The position numbers and the translations under genes were made by a program. Under the pieces are notes generated by a model. That model had not been told where the DNA came from and made no database searches. It worked only from the letters and a program-made list of their open reading frames with translations. A DNA stretch of 32,000 bases from Aliivibrio fischeri ES114. GTDB taxonomy: Bacteria; Pseudomonadota; Gammaproteobacteria; Enterobacterales; Vibrionaceae. Each line of letters starts with the position of its first letter. Position 1 is the stretch's first letter. The stretch is from assembly GCF_000011805.1 (NCBI RefSeq), contig NC_006841.2; one strand, 5' to 3'. This document shows, piece after piece, positions 1-10,153 of the stretch.

Positions 1-99
1 TGTGAGTCTATCCGCCATCACTAAATAAGCGGTAACGATAAGAAACAATACAATTAGAATTCGCATCCATTGTTTAAATTTTTGTTCTGCAGCTTGCAT
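1..99 (-). CDS. N-terminus of a membrane-anchored protein, possibly HlyD/EmrA-type membrane fusion protein (partial, continues off the left edge)
   Basis: Minus-strand reading from ATG at 97-99: MQAAEQKFKQWMRILIVLFLIVTAYLVMADRLT, a short cytoplasmic segment followed by one TM helix, divergent from a LysR gene. Too short for a firm family call. Confidence 0.45.
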   Translation of the reverse strand, partial: MQAAEQKFKQWMRILIVLFLIVTAYLVMADRLT

Positions 100-213
100 A
101 TATATTCTCGATAAAACCAAAATTGACGTGATCTAACTCTCATTATAAGGCGTGATTTCAAAACGAATAGATGGCAAAATAGAACACATAAGACCTATAA
201 ATAGGACAATAAC

Positions 214-1101
214 ATGTACAAAAACCGTAAATCTTTGCCTTCATTTGATGATATTTATCTTTTTGTCCTTGTAGTAAGACACAAAGGGATAAGTGCTGCT
301 GCGCAATTCTCAGGCCTACAACGCTCGAAAGTCAGCCGTCGATTACAAGAATTAGAAAAGGCGTTAGGTCATCAATTATTAATCAGAACCACAAGATCAA
401 TTGAGTTAACCAAACAAGGAGAATGGTTATATCATCAAGCATCAAACCCAATTAACACCTTGGTTGACGCAAGTTTATTGATGAGAGATCACCATGTAAC
501 ACCAAGAGGAACATTAAGAGTAGCAATACCTCCTGCACTTGGTATGACAGAAGTATTCTCAACTCTTATTGAAAAATACATAGAAGAAAACACTGAGGTT
601 AAATTAGAAATTGAGCATCATGTTCAATCATTAGACTTACGCAGAAGCAATATAGACTTACAAATATTACCAAGTTACATCGAACCACTGCATAACGATT
701 ACATCCAACAACGTTTAATTCAAATCCCATATAGCATGGTTGCGTCTCCAAATTATTTACGTATTAATGGTCACCCAGATAACGTTACTCAGTTGGATCA
801 ATTCCATTTATTGGCAAGTCGATATAATAAAAGTTTATTGCCTCAAGGATTAAATTATCAACTATTTAGTGATGATCTGAATTTATTACAAAAATTAGCA
901 ATATCAGGAAAAGGGATCGCTTTACTGCCATCCATTCTAATTGAAGAAGATATTAAGCAAGGATTGCTTGTTGAAGTATTACCCAGAAAATCATTTACCG
1001 ATTTAACTATTACTCTAATTTATCCAACACCGCATTATTTACCTGAAAAAACACGAGCAATGGTAAATTTATTCAGAGCCACCTTCTCAGATTTACCTTA
1101 A
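214..1101 (+). CDS. LysR family transcriptional regulator
   Basis: N-terminal winged HTH (DIYLFVLVVRHKGISAAAQFSGLQRSKVSRRLQELEKALGHQLLIRTTRSIELTKQG) and substrate-binding domain. Confidence 0.92.
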   Translation: MYKNRKSLPSFDDIYLFVLVVRHKGISAAAQFSGLQRSKVSRRLQELEKALGHQLLIRTTRSIELTKQGEWLYHQASNPINTLVDASLLMRDHHVTPRGTLRVAIPPALGMTEVFSTLIEKYIEENTEVKLEIEHHVQSLDLRRSNIDLQILPSYIEPLHNDYIQQRLIQIPYSMVASPNYLRINGHPDNVTQLDQFHLLASRYNKSLLPQGLNYQLFSDDLNLLQKLAISGKGIALLPSILIEEDIKQGLLVEVLPRKSFTDLTITLIYPTPHYLPEKTRAMVNLFRATFSDLP

Positions 1102-1369
1102 AAATCAGCAAAATAACTGACAATCACTTAAATATTAGCATTTTAAATAGAATCGAAAATTAAAATGCTATGTTCTAGATTTTCGAGCAATATATTATTA
1201 ACCACATGAATAGGACGGGTTAGCAAAAACGGAAATAAATGTCCATAAATGCTACAACCTTTGTCTCAAAAATACGATTTTTTTGACAGTTTGTCAGAAA
1301 GATAACCAAATTTAGGGCACGTTATTTTTTATTATAACTACTCAACTAGCCCAAGTGAGCCCTAAATAT

Positions 1370-1400
1370 AAAGCCAATATCATCAAATGATATTGGCTTT
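1370..1400. terminator. Bidirectional intrinsic terminator between lysR and bioD
   Basis: AAAGCCAATATCAT-CAA-ATGATATTGGCTTT, a near-perfect stem with A/T-rich flanks, between convergent genes. Confidence 0.8.
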
Positions 1401-1431
1401 ATTCTTTTTACTTAAACAGTAAACTAAATAA

Positions 1432-2112
1432 TTAGTTATCTAGGGCTTCAAGATGAATGTATTTACCCATATTTTTGCGTTTCACACTTGGCATATATGG
1501 AATTTCACCTAATTTTGGCGCAGGCATTTTATCTTCTAGCATCTTAATGATTTCAGCGTAGTTTTCTGTACCTGGGTTTACTCGGTTAGCTACCCAACCA
1601 ATAATCTCTAAACCATCATGTTGAATCGCTTCAGCAGTTAGCATTGCATGACTTAAACAACCGAGTTTAATCCCAACAACCAATACCACTGGCAATTTTT
1701 CTTGCTGTACCCATGTTGATAAACAATCATCTTTAGATACAGGAACACGCCATCCACCGGCACCTTCAACTAAAACAACATCTGATTTCTCTTTTAATGA
1801 AGCTAAACCTTCAGATAATACGGAGTAATCAATAACCACATTTTCTGCTTCTGCTGCAATGTGTGGTGATGCAGGCATTAATAATGCATACGGGTTTACT
1901 TCTTCGTAGCGTAATTCAACATTGGCTACAGCACGTAAATGGATCGCATCAGAGTTTTGAACGCCTTCGCCTTTGTCTTCAGAGCCTGCTGCTACTGGTT
2001 TATAAGCAGCAGTTCGTAAACCTTTCATGTTTAACGCATCTAAAATCGCTTTTGAAGCAACGGTTTTACCCACATCTGTATCTGTTCCTGCAATAAAAAA
2101 TGCATCAATCAT
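1432..2112 (-). CDS. bioD: Dethiobiotin synthase
   Basis: [25 protein letters not shown]-loop and [10 protein letters not shown] motif; last gene of bioBFCD order. Confidence 0.96.
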
Positions 2113-2926
2113 TACTTATAACTCCGTAGCCTACCTGATATGTAGCAGGTAAGTGGTTTAATTCACTTCTAAATAGTTGATACGCTTCTTCCACTGCTAA
2201 TAGCTTTTCTTTGCTCAATAATCCTGAGCTGCGACCATTAGGTAAATGCGTTGCTCCAATTCCTTTTAAATCTTTCATTAAAGCAAGAGCGGAAGAATAC
2301 GTCATCTCGACAGACGTGCAGTGTAGTGTAAAGTTGTTGCATTCAGATTGCGCTAACGCAATTTTTACCATAGATGGCGTAATAAAATCGTTAACATGTT
2401 GATATAAATCAACCTTTGACCATGCCTTTTTCAATTCAAACAGTGAGCCATCTAACAAAGTTGAGAAAATAACCTTGCTTTTATTATGGCTAATTCGTTT
2501 CATTTCTCTTAATGGGACCGATAAATCTTGGCACCATTGCAGCGCTAAACTGGATACGACACCATCAAATTCATCATCCATGAACGGAAGATCTTCAGCA
2601 TCACCTTGAATATAGGTAATATTGTGATCACCACATCGTTCTTTCGCTTTCTCTAACATGACAGACGATAAATCAAACGCTACGACGCATGCTCCCCGTT
2701 TTAACAAGGCTTCGCAACAATAACCAGTTCCACACCCCACATCTAAAATTCGTAGTCCAGTTAGATCGGTTGGTAAATAAGACAAAAGCGTATCTGCCAC
2801 TTGGCGTTGAAATTCTGCTGAACGATCATAGGTATGCGCCGCTTTACTAAATGCAGCTTGAATCGCTTGTTTTTCTTTATTTGATGTTGAATTAAACATA
2901 TCGATGGCAACTGCTGGATTCACCAT
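2105..2926 (-). CDS. bioC: Malonyl-ACP O-methyltransferase
   Basis: SAM methyltransferase motif [11 protein letters not shown]-like ([16 protein letters not shown]) in biotin operon context; overlaps bioD by 8 nt. Confidence 0.93.
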
Positions 2927-2932
2927 AACACC

Positions 2933-4084
2933 TCATCCTAATTCGTTTATCGCTTGTGTCAGCGCTGAAATATCTGCTGATGAATGATTGGCACTTAAGG
3001 TCACTCTTATTCGAGCTGAACCGACTGGAACCGTTGGTGGACGAATTGCTGTTGTCCATAACCCTCGCTCTTTTAACGAATCAGCGAGTATCATCGCATC
3101 GGTTGCTTCACCTATGATAATAGGCTTAATTGGCGTTGGTGTTTTTTCTGCACCCAGAAAATTCATTAATTCAGACTCAAATTGTTGATTTAATTCTTTG
3201 AGTTTGTCACGTCGCCATTCTTGTTGTTGGATCATCAATAAGGCATGAGATAACGCATGTGCTTGAGCTGGAGGCATTGCCGTAGAATAAACATGATGAC
3301 GTGCAAATTGCGATAAATAATCACCACACTCTTGATTGCAAAGCACAGCCGCACCAGACAATCCGAACCCTTTTCCGAAAGTAACAATTAATATATCCGG
3401 CGTTATCGAATAAACATCACAGCAGCCTTTACCATTAGTACCTAACACTCCACACCCATGGGCATCATCCACCATTAGCCAAGCATCATTTTCCTTAGTG
3501 AGTTTTGCAATATCGGCTAATGGAGAAAGATCCCCATCCATACTAAATACGCCTTCCGTCACCACCAATGTTGGCTCATCTGATGAACGCTTTAACAAAC
3601 TCTTTAAGTGGTCAACATCATTGTGTTTAAAGCGTTTCATCACTGCGGGAGATAACATTCCCGCTTCCATTAGTGAGGCATGATTCAATTTATCTTGTAA
3701 TAAGGTGTCACCCTTTTCTAATAATGAAAAGAGTACCGCTTGATTGGCACTAAAACCTGAATTAAACAAAATCGCACAATCAAGGCCAAGCCATTCTGCC
3801 AACTGAGATTCCAAATTGGCATGCGGCTTTGAGTAACCAGTGACTAATGGAGAGGCGCCACTGCCACTTCCGTATAAAGATAGTCCCTCTTGCCACGCTT
3901 CCATCAACTCTTTGCTACTCGCCAAGCCTAAATAATCATTTCCAGAAAAATTCAAATAGCTTTTTCCATCAACAACTAATGTGGCCTGATTTCCTTGCGA
4001 TACCACTCGACGTGAGCGATTTAGCCCTGCTTGCTTACGTTGATTAAGCGCAGAGCTAATACGTTGATTAAACGCTTGCTTCAT
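2933..4084 (-). CDS. bioF: 8-amino-7-oxononanoate synthase
   Basis: PLP enzyme ([37 protein letters not shown]). The ORF-track start at 4147 is probably too early; [10 protein letters not shown] at 4084 overlaps the bioB end (4068) slightly, a typical coupling. Confidence 0.94.
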   Translation of the reverse strand: MKQAFNQRISSALNQRKQAGLNRSRRVVSQGNQATLVVDGKSYLNFSGNDYLGLASSKELMEAWQEGLSLYGSGSGASPLVTGYSKPHANLESQLAEWLGLDCAILFNSGFSANQAVLFSLLEKGDTLLQDKLNHASLMEAGMLSPAVMKRFKHNDVDHLKSLLKRSSDEPTLVVTEGVFSMDGDLSPLADIAKLTKENDAWLMVDDAHGCGVLGTNGKGCCDVYSITPDILIVTFGKGFGLSGAAVLCNQECGDYLSQFARHHVYSTAMPPAQAHALSHALLMIQQQEWRRDKLKELNQQFESELMNFLGAEKTPTPIKPIIIGEATDAMILADSLKERGLWTTAIRPPTVPVGSARIRVTLSANHSSADISALTQAINELG

Positions 4085-5120
4085 AGAACAAGTCATCTTT
4101 ATTTGGACGAGCTGCAACACGTTCTGCCACTCTATCAAGCAATTCATGCTCTTGAATTTGATCAGGTTTTTGCGCTACTTGTTCACTATTCACACCCAAT
4201 TTTTTGAAAAGTTGCATGTCTGTGTCTTCATCTGGATTTGGCGTAGTGAGCAACTTACATCCATAAAAGACTGAGTTGGCACCAGCCATAAAGCATAACG
4301 CTTGCATTTGCTCATTCATGCTTTCACGTCCTGCTGAAAGACGTACAGCAGATTCAGGCATCATGATGCGAGCAACGGCGATCAAACGAATGAAATCAAA
4401 TGGGTCAACGTCTTCAGCGTCTTCTAATGGGGTTCCTTTTACTTTTACCAGCATATTTACAGGAACAGATTCTGGATGTTGAGGTAGATTCGCTAATTCA
4501 ACAAATAGACCAGCACGATCACTTGCACTTTCCCCCATACCAATGATGCCACCAGAACAAATTTTCATCCCAGCATCACGAACGTGAGATAGCGTATCTA
4601 AACGATCTTGATAAGTTCGAGTGGTAATAATATTGCCGTAAAATTCAGGAGAAGTATCGAGGTTATGGTTATAGTAATCTAAGCCTGCTTCGGATAATTC
4701 ACCCGCTTGATCGGCGGTGATCATACCTAGCGTCATACATGTCTCAAGGCCCATTTCTTTCACGCCTTTAATCATGTCCAATAGATATGGCATATCACGT
4801 TCTTTTGGGTTCTTCCAAGCAGCCCCCATACAAAAACGAGTAGAACCTGAATTTTTTGCTTTTTTCGCAGCGTCTAAAACACTCTCCACTTCCATTAAAC
4901 GTTCACGATCAACATCAGTGCGGTAGTGAGCACTCTGCGGGCAATACTTACAGTCTTCAGGACAGGCTCCTGTTTTAATTGAAAGTAGTGTGCTCACCTG
5001 TACATGATTAGCTTGTTGATATTTTCTATGTACTAATTGAGCCTCAAAGATCAAATCCATAAACGGTTTATCCATCAAGGTTTGTACTTCAGCTACGGTC
5101 CAGTTATGTCTCACTTCCAC
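4068..5120 (-). CDS. bioB: Biotin synthase (radical SAM)
   Basis: [11 protein letters not shown] radical SAM CxxxCxxC motif and full-length BioB sequence. Confidence 0.98.
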   Translation of the reverse strand: MEVRHNWTVAEVQTLMDKPFMDLIFEAQLVHRKYQQANHVQVSTLLSIKTGACPEDCKYCPQSAHYRTDVDRERLMEVESVLDAAKKAKNSGSTRFCMGAAWKNPKERDMPYLLDMIKGVKEMGLETCMTLGMITADQAGELSEAGLDYYNHNLDTSPEFYGNIITTRTYQDRLDTLSHVRDAGMKICSGGIIGMGESASDRAGLFVELANLPQHPESVPVNMLVKVKGTPLEDAEDVDPFDFIRLIAVARIMMPESAVRLSAGRESMNEQMQALCFMAGANSVFYGCKLLTTPNPDEDTDMQLFKKLGVNSEQVAQKPDQIQEHELLDRVAERVAARPNKDDLFYEASV

Positions 5121-5203
5121 GTGTAAATTCCTTTATTATTTTATGGCTCAACAACCATGTAATGACTGTTTTTATACTTGGCTAGTCTACGGTTAAACGA
5201 TAC

Positions 5204-5236
5204 ACTGTCAACCTAAAGAAAAGAATAAAGTTTACA
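5204..5236. promoter_or_regulatory. Candidate BirA operator in the bioB/bioA divergent region
   Basis: TGTCAACC ... AGTTTACA half-sites separated by about 17 nt, resembling the E. coli bio operator TTGTAAACC-N-GGTTTACAA; located between bioB and bioA. Confidence 0.55.
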
Positions 5237-5248
5237 ATTGGTGAATAA

Positions 5249-6529
5249 ATGAGCATTAACGTCGATTTGGATTTTGACCATCAACACATCTGGCACCCAT
5301 ATACTTCAACATTAAACCCACTGGCTTGCTATCCCGTCACTCATGCAAAAGGGGTTAATATTTATCTAGAAAATGGTACCGAACTTGTTGATGGCATGTC
5401 GTCATGGTGGTCTACCATACATGGATACAGCCACCCTCACCTGAATCAAGCATTAAAAGATCAAACCGACAAAATGGCACACGTGATGTTCGGAGGCATT
5501 ACTCATCAACCTGCTGTTGAACTTTGTAAGAAACTGGTCGAACTCAGTCCATCTCGATTAGAACAAGTATTTTTAGCCGATTCAGGTTCAGTAGCCGTTG
5601 AAGTCAGTTTAAAAATGGCACTTCAATATTGGCACGCGAAAGGTCAGCCTCGATCTAAATTCTTAACCGTGCGTCATGGTTATCACGGTGATACCTTCGC
5701 TGCCATGTCAGTAACCGATCCTGACAATTCCATGCATGGACTTTATAAAGGTTTTTTACCTGAGCATCTGTTTGTTGAATCACCAAGCAGTAAGTTCGGT
5801 GGAGTGTGGAACCCTGATGATATCCTTCCGTTAGAAGCCATGTTAGCAGAGCGACACAATGATATTGCAGCAATGATCCTTGAACCCATTGTTCAGGGCG
5901 CTGGCGGGATGCGCTTATACCATCCCCAATATCTGAAAGAAGTACGCCGCTTGTGTGATAAATATGGCTTACTTTTGATTTTAGATGAGATAGCAACAGG
6001 CTTCGGTCGAACAGGAAAGTTATTTGCTTGCGAGCATGCCGAGATTGAACCCGATATTATGTGCATTGGTAAAGCCCTCACAGGGGGCTACATGACGCTT
6101 TCAGCAACACTCACCAGTAAAGTGGTTGCAGACACGGTATGCAGTGGTGATGCAGGATGCTTTATGCATGGTCCTACATTTATGGGCAACCCACTTGCTT
6201 GTGCCGTTGCCAATGCCAGCCTAGAGCTAATCCAACAAAATCATTGGCAAACTCAAACCAAACAGATAGAAACCTGCTTTTCTGAATTATTACCTCAACT
6301 TAAAAAACATAACGTTGTTGCAGATGTTAGATGGTTAGGCGCTATTGGTGTGGTAGAGCTAACCACGCCTGTTGATATGGAGAAAATTCAAGCACACTTT
6401 GTTGAACAAGGGGTTTGGATAAGGCCATTTGGGAAACTCATTTATATGATGCCTCCATTCATTTCTCAACCTGAGCACATTACTAAGCTTGTGAACGCCA
6501 TTGATAGTGCCCTAGAAACTCTGTTCTAA
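5249..6529 (+). CDS. bioA: Adenosylmethionine-8-amino-7-oxononanoate aminotransferase
   Basis: [12 protein letters not shown]-like PLP lysine region ([17 protein letters not shown]), divergent from bioBFCD. Confidence 0.97.
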   Translation: MSINVDLDFDHQHIWHPYTSTLNPLACYPVTHAKGVNIYLENGTELVDGMSSWWSTIHGYSHPHLNQALKDQTDKMAHVMFGGITHQPAVELCKKLVELSPSRLEQVFLADSGSVAVEVSLKMALQYWHAKGQPRSKFLTVRHGYHGDTFAAMSVTDPDNSMHGLYKGFLPEHLFVESPSSKFGGVWNPDDILPLEAMLAERHNDIAAMILEPIVQGAGGMRLYHPQYLKEVRRLCDKYGLLLILDEIATGFGRTGKLFACEHAEIEPDIMCIGKALTGGYMTLSATLTSKVVADTVCSGDAGCFMHGPTFMGNPLACAVANASLELIQQNHWQTQTKQIETCFSELLPQLKKHNVVADVRWLGAIGVVELTTPVDMEKIQAHFVEQGVWIRPFGKLIYMMPPFISQPEHITKLVNAIDSALETLF

Positions 6530-6537
6530 TAATAAAA

Positions 6538-6573
6538 AAACCGATGCCTTTACAATAAAGGTATCGGTTTTTT
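6538..6573. terminator. Intrinsic terminator, probably bidirectional
   Basis: AAACCGATGCCTTTA-CAA-TAAAGGTATCGGTTTTTT, a stem with one G-T wobble and a T-tract on both strands, between convergent genes. Confidence 0.85.
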
Positions 6574-6604
6574 AGACGCTCAAATTCAACGTCAATATTT
6601 GCCG

Positions 6605-6814
6605 TTATTTAACTTTAGGCTCATTAGTAAAATCATCTTCTACTAACTTATAAATAATAAAGATAGCAAGCTCGAGTAATGCAGTAAGAATCAAGCTCAT
6701 GATCACGTAGCGCTCAGCAAAAACACCAATACCGTGTAAGATTGTTGATTGAATAACAAACGCGCCAACTACGCCTAAAATCAACAGCTGTAAAAATTTA
6801 ATAAACTTCAGCAT
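6605..6814 (-). CDS. Small hypothetical membrane protein (69 aa, two predicted TM segments)
   Basis: MLKFIKFLQLLILGVVGAFVIQST... hydrophobic segments; ORF only, no family recognised. Confidence 0.6.
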   Translation of the reverse strand: MLKFIKFLQLLILGVVGAFVIQSTILHGIGVFAERYVIMSLILTALLELAIFIIYKLVEDDFTNEPKVK

Positions 6815-6957
6815 TTAAATTCCTTCTTTATCATTATCTTAAATAATTGAAATCAACCTTTATAGAGTACACCAAAATAGTGATGACATAATGATTAATT
6901 TCAATAAGATGCTTTATCTTGTCCTTTAGAAGCGACTTTTCTTACTTTTATGACGTA

Positions 6958-7515
6958 TTACTCTGGCTTCCAATCATCATTAATTTTAGACGTTAAGATG
7001 TGATCTTCCCATGCACCATTAATATATAAGTACTTTTTCGCTTCACCTTCTTTAACAAAACCAAGTGCAGCAAGTACTTTTGCGCTCTTTTCGTTACGTG
7101 GAATATAAGCGGCCATGATTCGATGTAAATTTTGAGCTTTAAACATCCAATCAATAGTGACATTCACCGCTCGTCTCATGATCCCTTTTCCTTGATACTC
7201 TGAATCCAAAGAATAGCCAACATGCCCAGCATGAAAAGGAAAACGAGTGATATTACTGTAACTCACAGTCCCTATTATCTTATGCTCGTTTTTATCAACC
7301 ACCACAAAATAAAAGGCCAAGTTATGTTTATGCAATTCCACAAGCTGCAATAAACGCTGCTTCCAGCCTTCAGGTGTAAAAAAAGCATGACTTCGTTTAG
7401 GCTCCCACGGAGCAAGATGATGACGATTACGCATAAAATAGTTGGCAATCGTCACTGCGTCACTGCTTTTTATTAAACGAACTTGGTAATGCTCAAACTC
7501 AAAACTTACATCCAT
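6958..7515 (-). CDS. GNAT family N-acetyltransferase (RimJ/RimL-like)
   Basis: GHVGYSLDSEYQGKGIMRRAVNVTIDWMF acetyl-CoA binding motif and NEKSAKVLAALGFVKEGEAKKYL. Confidence 0.9.
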   Translation of the reverse strand: MDVSFEFEHYQVRLIKSSDAVTIANYFMRNRHHLAPWEPKRSHAFFTPEGWKQRLLQLVELHKHNLAFYFVVVDKNEHKIIGTVSYSNITRFPFHAGHVGYSLDSEYQGKGIMRRAVNVTIDWMFKAQNLHRIMAAYIPRNEKSAKVLAALGFVKEGEAKKYLYINGAWEDHILTSKINDDWKPE

Positions 7516-7526
7516 GTCGTTTCTCT

Positions 7527-9074
7527 CTATTTTTTACCAATTCCATAATCACGCAATTTATTTGCAATTGCAGTATGTGATACACCTAAACGCTTGGCTA
7601 ACTTACGACTCGATGGAAATTCATTATATAAACTAGATAAAATACTCGACTCATAAGATTTCATGATTTCATCCAGTGAACCATCAGTATTAATATTAAG
7701 ACTTCTTGGCGCATTTTTATCAACAATTGGAAGCATAAAATGAGAGGTAGATAGTTGATTTCTATCCATTTGCGTTAATGCTTTTAATGTTGTACTTCTT
7801 AACTGGCGAACATTGCCCGGCCACGTATAACTTGCCAGATAATCGTATACTTCTTCGTCTATGCTTGGCTTAACAATTCCTAGCTCTTTACTTAGTTGCG
7901 CTACAAAAAAATCAAACAAGGTTGCCACATCAGAAATACGATCACGCAATGGCGGTATCTCTAAAAACAGCACGTTTAGACGGTAATACAAATCTTCACG
8001 GAATAAGCCTTGCTCTACCAACTCAAGTAGCTCTTTTTTACTTGCACCGATGATACCTACATCAACATGGATCTCTTTTTCTTCACCTACTCGACGGAAA
8101 TTACCATCTTGAATAAAGCGTAACAGTTTAATTTGAAGTAGCGGACTCATCTCACTGATTTCATCAAAGAAAACCGTACCACCATCAGCTTGTTCAATGA
8201 TGCCTTTCTTACCTTCTGGCATATTAGGGAACGCACCTGGTGCATAACCGAACAACTCTGTTTCAGCCACATCATCAGGCATCGCTGCACAGTTCACTAC
8301 CATAAAAGCCTTACCTGAACGGATAGATGCATTATGACATGCGCGAGCCAACATCTCTTTACCCGTTCCTGTCTCACCTTGGATCAATAATGATTGATCA
8401 ATGTCAGACAGTTTTTTCGCTTGAGAAATAAGTTGTTTATATTTAGTTGATGAACCTACAAAGTGCTCAAAACCTAAATTTGATGATTCAGGTATAAATG
8501 GGCGTGCGTTTTGCGCTTCGATAGCGGGTTTGATAATGACAACCGCACTGGTCAAAATTGAGGTGTTACTGTCATCTGTAATATAAACTGGCATGATCTC
8601 CATGATGTAGTTCATGCCATCAATCAACATAGGTTCACGTTGTCGAATACGAGATTCTTCTAACCATAATTGCACATTAAAGTCTGACAATAAAACCGTT
8701 GCTGATTGGCCAATAAGCGACGTTTTATCCAATTTAAAGAGTGATACTACCGCATCATTAATTGTGTCTATCTTGCCTTTTAAATTGATAGAGAAAACAG
8801 GGTCTGGCAAGGTACTTAATACGGCTAATAACTCAGTATTTCGACGTTCACTTGGTAAAAATTGAATTTTTCTGACATCCATCACACCATCAAGTCGACG
8901 AATTTTCGCCATTAATTGACTAAACTCATCGAAATCGATTTCTGGGAAGTTAAGATAGATTAAGCCTGACTTATCAATTTCAATGTCACGTAAATCAATA
9001 TGTTGAGAAGCTAAAATATCTAATAACTCACGAGTAAGACCTAAGCGATCCTTGCATTGCACTTCAAGACGCAC
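7527..9074 (-). CDS. tyrR: TyrR-type transcriptional regulator of aromatic amino acid genes
   Basis: N-terminal ACT-like domain, PAS, AAA+ (GETGTGKE) with GAFPNM replacing the sigma54-contact GAFTGA, and a C-terminal TyrR-type HTH (SSRKLAKRLGVSHTAIANKLRDYGI). Confidence 0.95.
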   Translation of the reverse strand: MRLEVQCKDRLGLTRELLDILASQHIDLRDIEIDKSGLIYLNFPEIDFDEFSQLMAKIRRLDGVMDVRKIQFLPSERRNTELLAVLSTLPDPVFSINLKGKIDTINDAVVSLFKLDKTSLIGQSATVLLSDFNVQLWLEESRIRQREPMLIDGMNYIMEIMPVYITDDSNTSILTSAVVIIKPAIEAQNARPFIPESSNLGFEHFVGSSTKYKQLISQAKKLSDIDQSLLIQGETGTGKEMLARACHNASIRSGKAFMVVNCAAMPDDVAETELFGYAPGAFPNMPEGKKGIIEQADGGTVFFDEISEMSPLLQIKLLRFIQDGNFRRVGEEKEIHVDVGIIGASKKELLELVEQGLFREDLYYRLNVLFLEIPPLRDRISDVATLFDFFVAQLSKELGIVKPSIDEEVYDYLASYTWPGNVRQLRSTTLKALTQMDRNQLSTSHFMLPIVDKNAPRSLNINTDGSLDEIMKSYESSILSSLYNEFPSSRKLAKRLGVSHTAIANKLRDYGIGKK

Positions 9075-9094
9075 AAAAATTCCTCAATAATAAG

Positions 9095-9116
9095 GGTGTC
9101 AAAATATGTTTACACC
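9095..9116. promoter_or_regulatory. Candidate TyrR box upstream of tyrR
   Basis: GGTGTCAA-AATATG-TTTACACC; the core TGTCAA-N6-TTTACA matches the TGTAAA-N6-TTTACA consensus at 11/12 positions, 21 nt from the tyrR start. Confidence 0.65.
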
Positions 9117-9153
9117 AGTTTGCGTGAGAGAAAAAAAAGAGTCAAGAAAGAAG

Positions 9154-9179
9154 TGATCCAAAACGCTTTTTAATTCGTT
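9154..9179 (+). promoter_or_regulatory. Candidate ECF sigma (RpoE/ChrR-type) promoter for the DUF523-DUF1722/phrB operon
   Basis: TGATC-N17-CGTT, same spacing and near-identical core as the motif upstream of rpoE (22346-22373) and after chrR (20968-20993). Confidence 0.65.
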
Positions 9180-9208
9180 AGTAAATCTAACAAATGGGGG
9201 AAATTATC

Positions 9209-10153
9209 ATGACTATTAATGTTGGCATCAGTTCTTGTGTTATCGGAGAAAGTGTTCGTTTTGATGGCGGCCACAAGAGCAATAAATTCGCATCAAAAGT
9301 ATTATCACCATATTTTAATTACATACCAATCTGCCCAGAAGTAGGAAGCGGTATGTCTGTACCACGACCAACCATTAGATTAATGACAAACGATGAACGC
9401 ATCGCCTTAGTTGATTCTAAGGATTCAAGTATTGATTACACGGATTCCATGCTTGAATTCTCAAATAAAACCGTTGATGCCCTGATGGATGCAGATCTAT
9501 GTGGTTACATTGTCTGTGCCAATTCACCAAGTTGTGGCATGGAACGCGTTAAAGTTTACAGTAAGAACAATGCCACTAAAAATGGCGTTGGCTTGTATAC
9601 CGGAACGCTAATGAAAAAAATGCCGTGGTTACCTGTTGAAGAAGACGGTCGATTAAATGATCCCGTTTTAAAAGAAAACTTCATTACACGTGTTTTTTGC
9701 TTACACGATTTATATCAGTCTATGGATGGACAACCTACAGCAGGAAAAATTGTCGCTTTCCATTCTCGTTATAAATACACATTAATGTCCCACTCTACTG
9801 TCGGCTATAAAAACCTTGGTAAATTGGTGGCTCGTGTTGCTGAATACGATATTCACGAATTTTTCAATCTATACCGAACTCAGCTGATGCAAACCATGAG
9901 TATTCGAGCTACCCGTAAAAATAACACCAACGTATTAATGCACTTACAAGGTTATTTCAAGAAAGATTTAGATTCACCTCAGAAGCAGGCTTTAGCTGAG
10001 CTCATTCAAGAGTATAATCAAGGGTTATTACCTTTATTGTCCCCTATCACTTTGATTAAACACCATTTAAGTATGCACAATAATGATTACTTAAAACAAC
10101 AATCCTTCTTAAACCCTTACCCACAAGAGCTAAGATTACGCTATGGATTATAA
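9209..10153 (+). CDS. DUF523-DUF1722 fusion protein (RudS/YbgA-like; probable [4Fe-4S] desulfidase)
   Basis: DUF523 part with conserved Cys motifs (GISSCVIGESVRFDGGHK, ICPEVGSGM, SPSCGMERVKVY), then a DUF1722 part (SRYKYTLMSHS...LGKLVA). GTG/ATG choice: MTINVGISS at 9209 has a GGGGG RBS, whereas the track start 9194 has none evident. Confidence 0.88.
   Translation: MTINVGISSCVIGESVRFDGGHKSNKFASKVLSPYFNYIPICPEVGSGMSVPRPTIRLMTNDERIALVDSKDSSIDYTDSMLEFSNKTVDALMDADLCGYIVCANSPSCGMERVKVYSKNNATKNGVGLYTGTLMKKMPWLPVEEDGRLNDPVLKENFITRVFCLHDLYQSMDGQPTAGKIVAFHSRYKYTLMSHSTVGYKNLGKLVARVAEYDIHEFFNLYRTQLMQTMSIRATRKNNTNVLMHLQGYFKKDLDSPQKQALAELIQEYNQGLLPLLSPITLIKHHLSMHNNDYLKQQSFLNPYPQELRLRYGL

Noticed and set aside
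1863-2096. 77-aa ORF on the + strand (also 2211-2402, 2988-3188, 3498-3683, 3847-4047, 4276-4482, 4717-4926)
   Set aside because: All lie antisense inside well-supported bio genes, show no domain logic and are explained as mirror ORFs.
5655-6081. Minus-strand ORFs 5655-5996 and 5893-6081
   Set aside because: Antisense to bioA, no RBS or family features.
8614-8865. 83-aa + strand ORF inside tyrR
   Set aside because: Antisense shadow ORF of a confidently identified gene.
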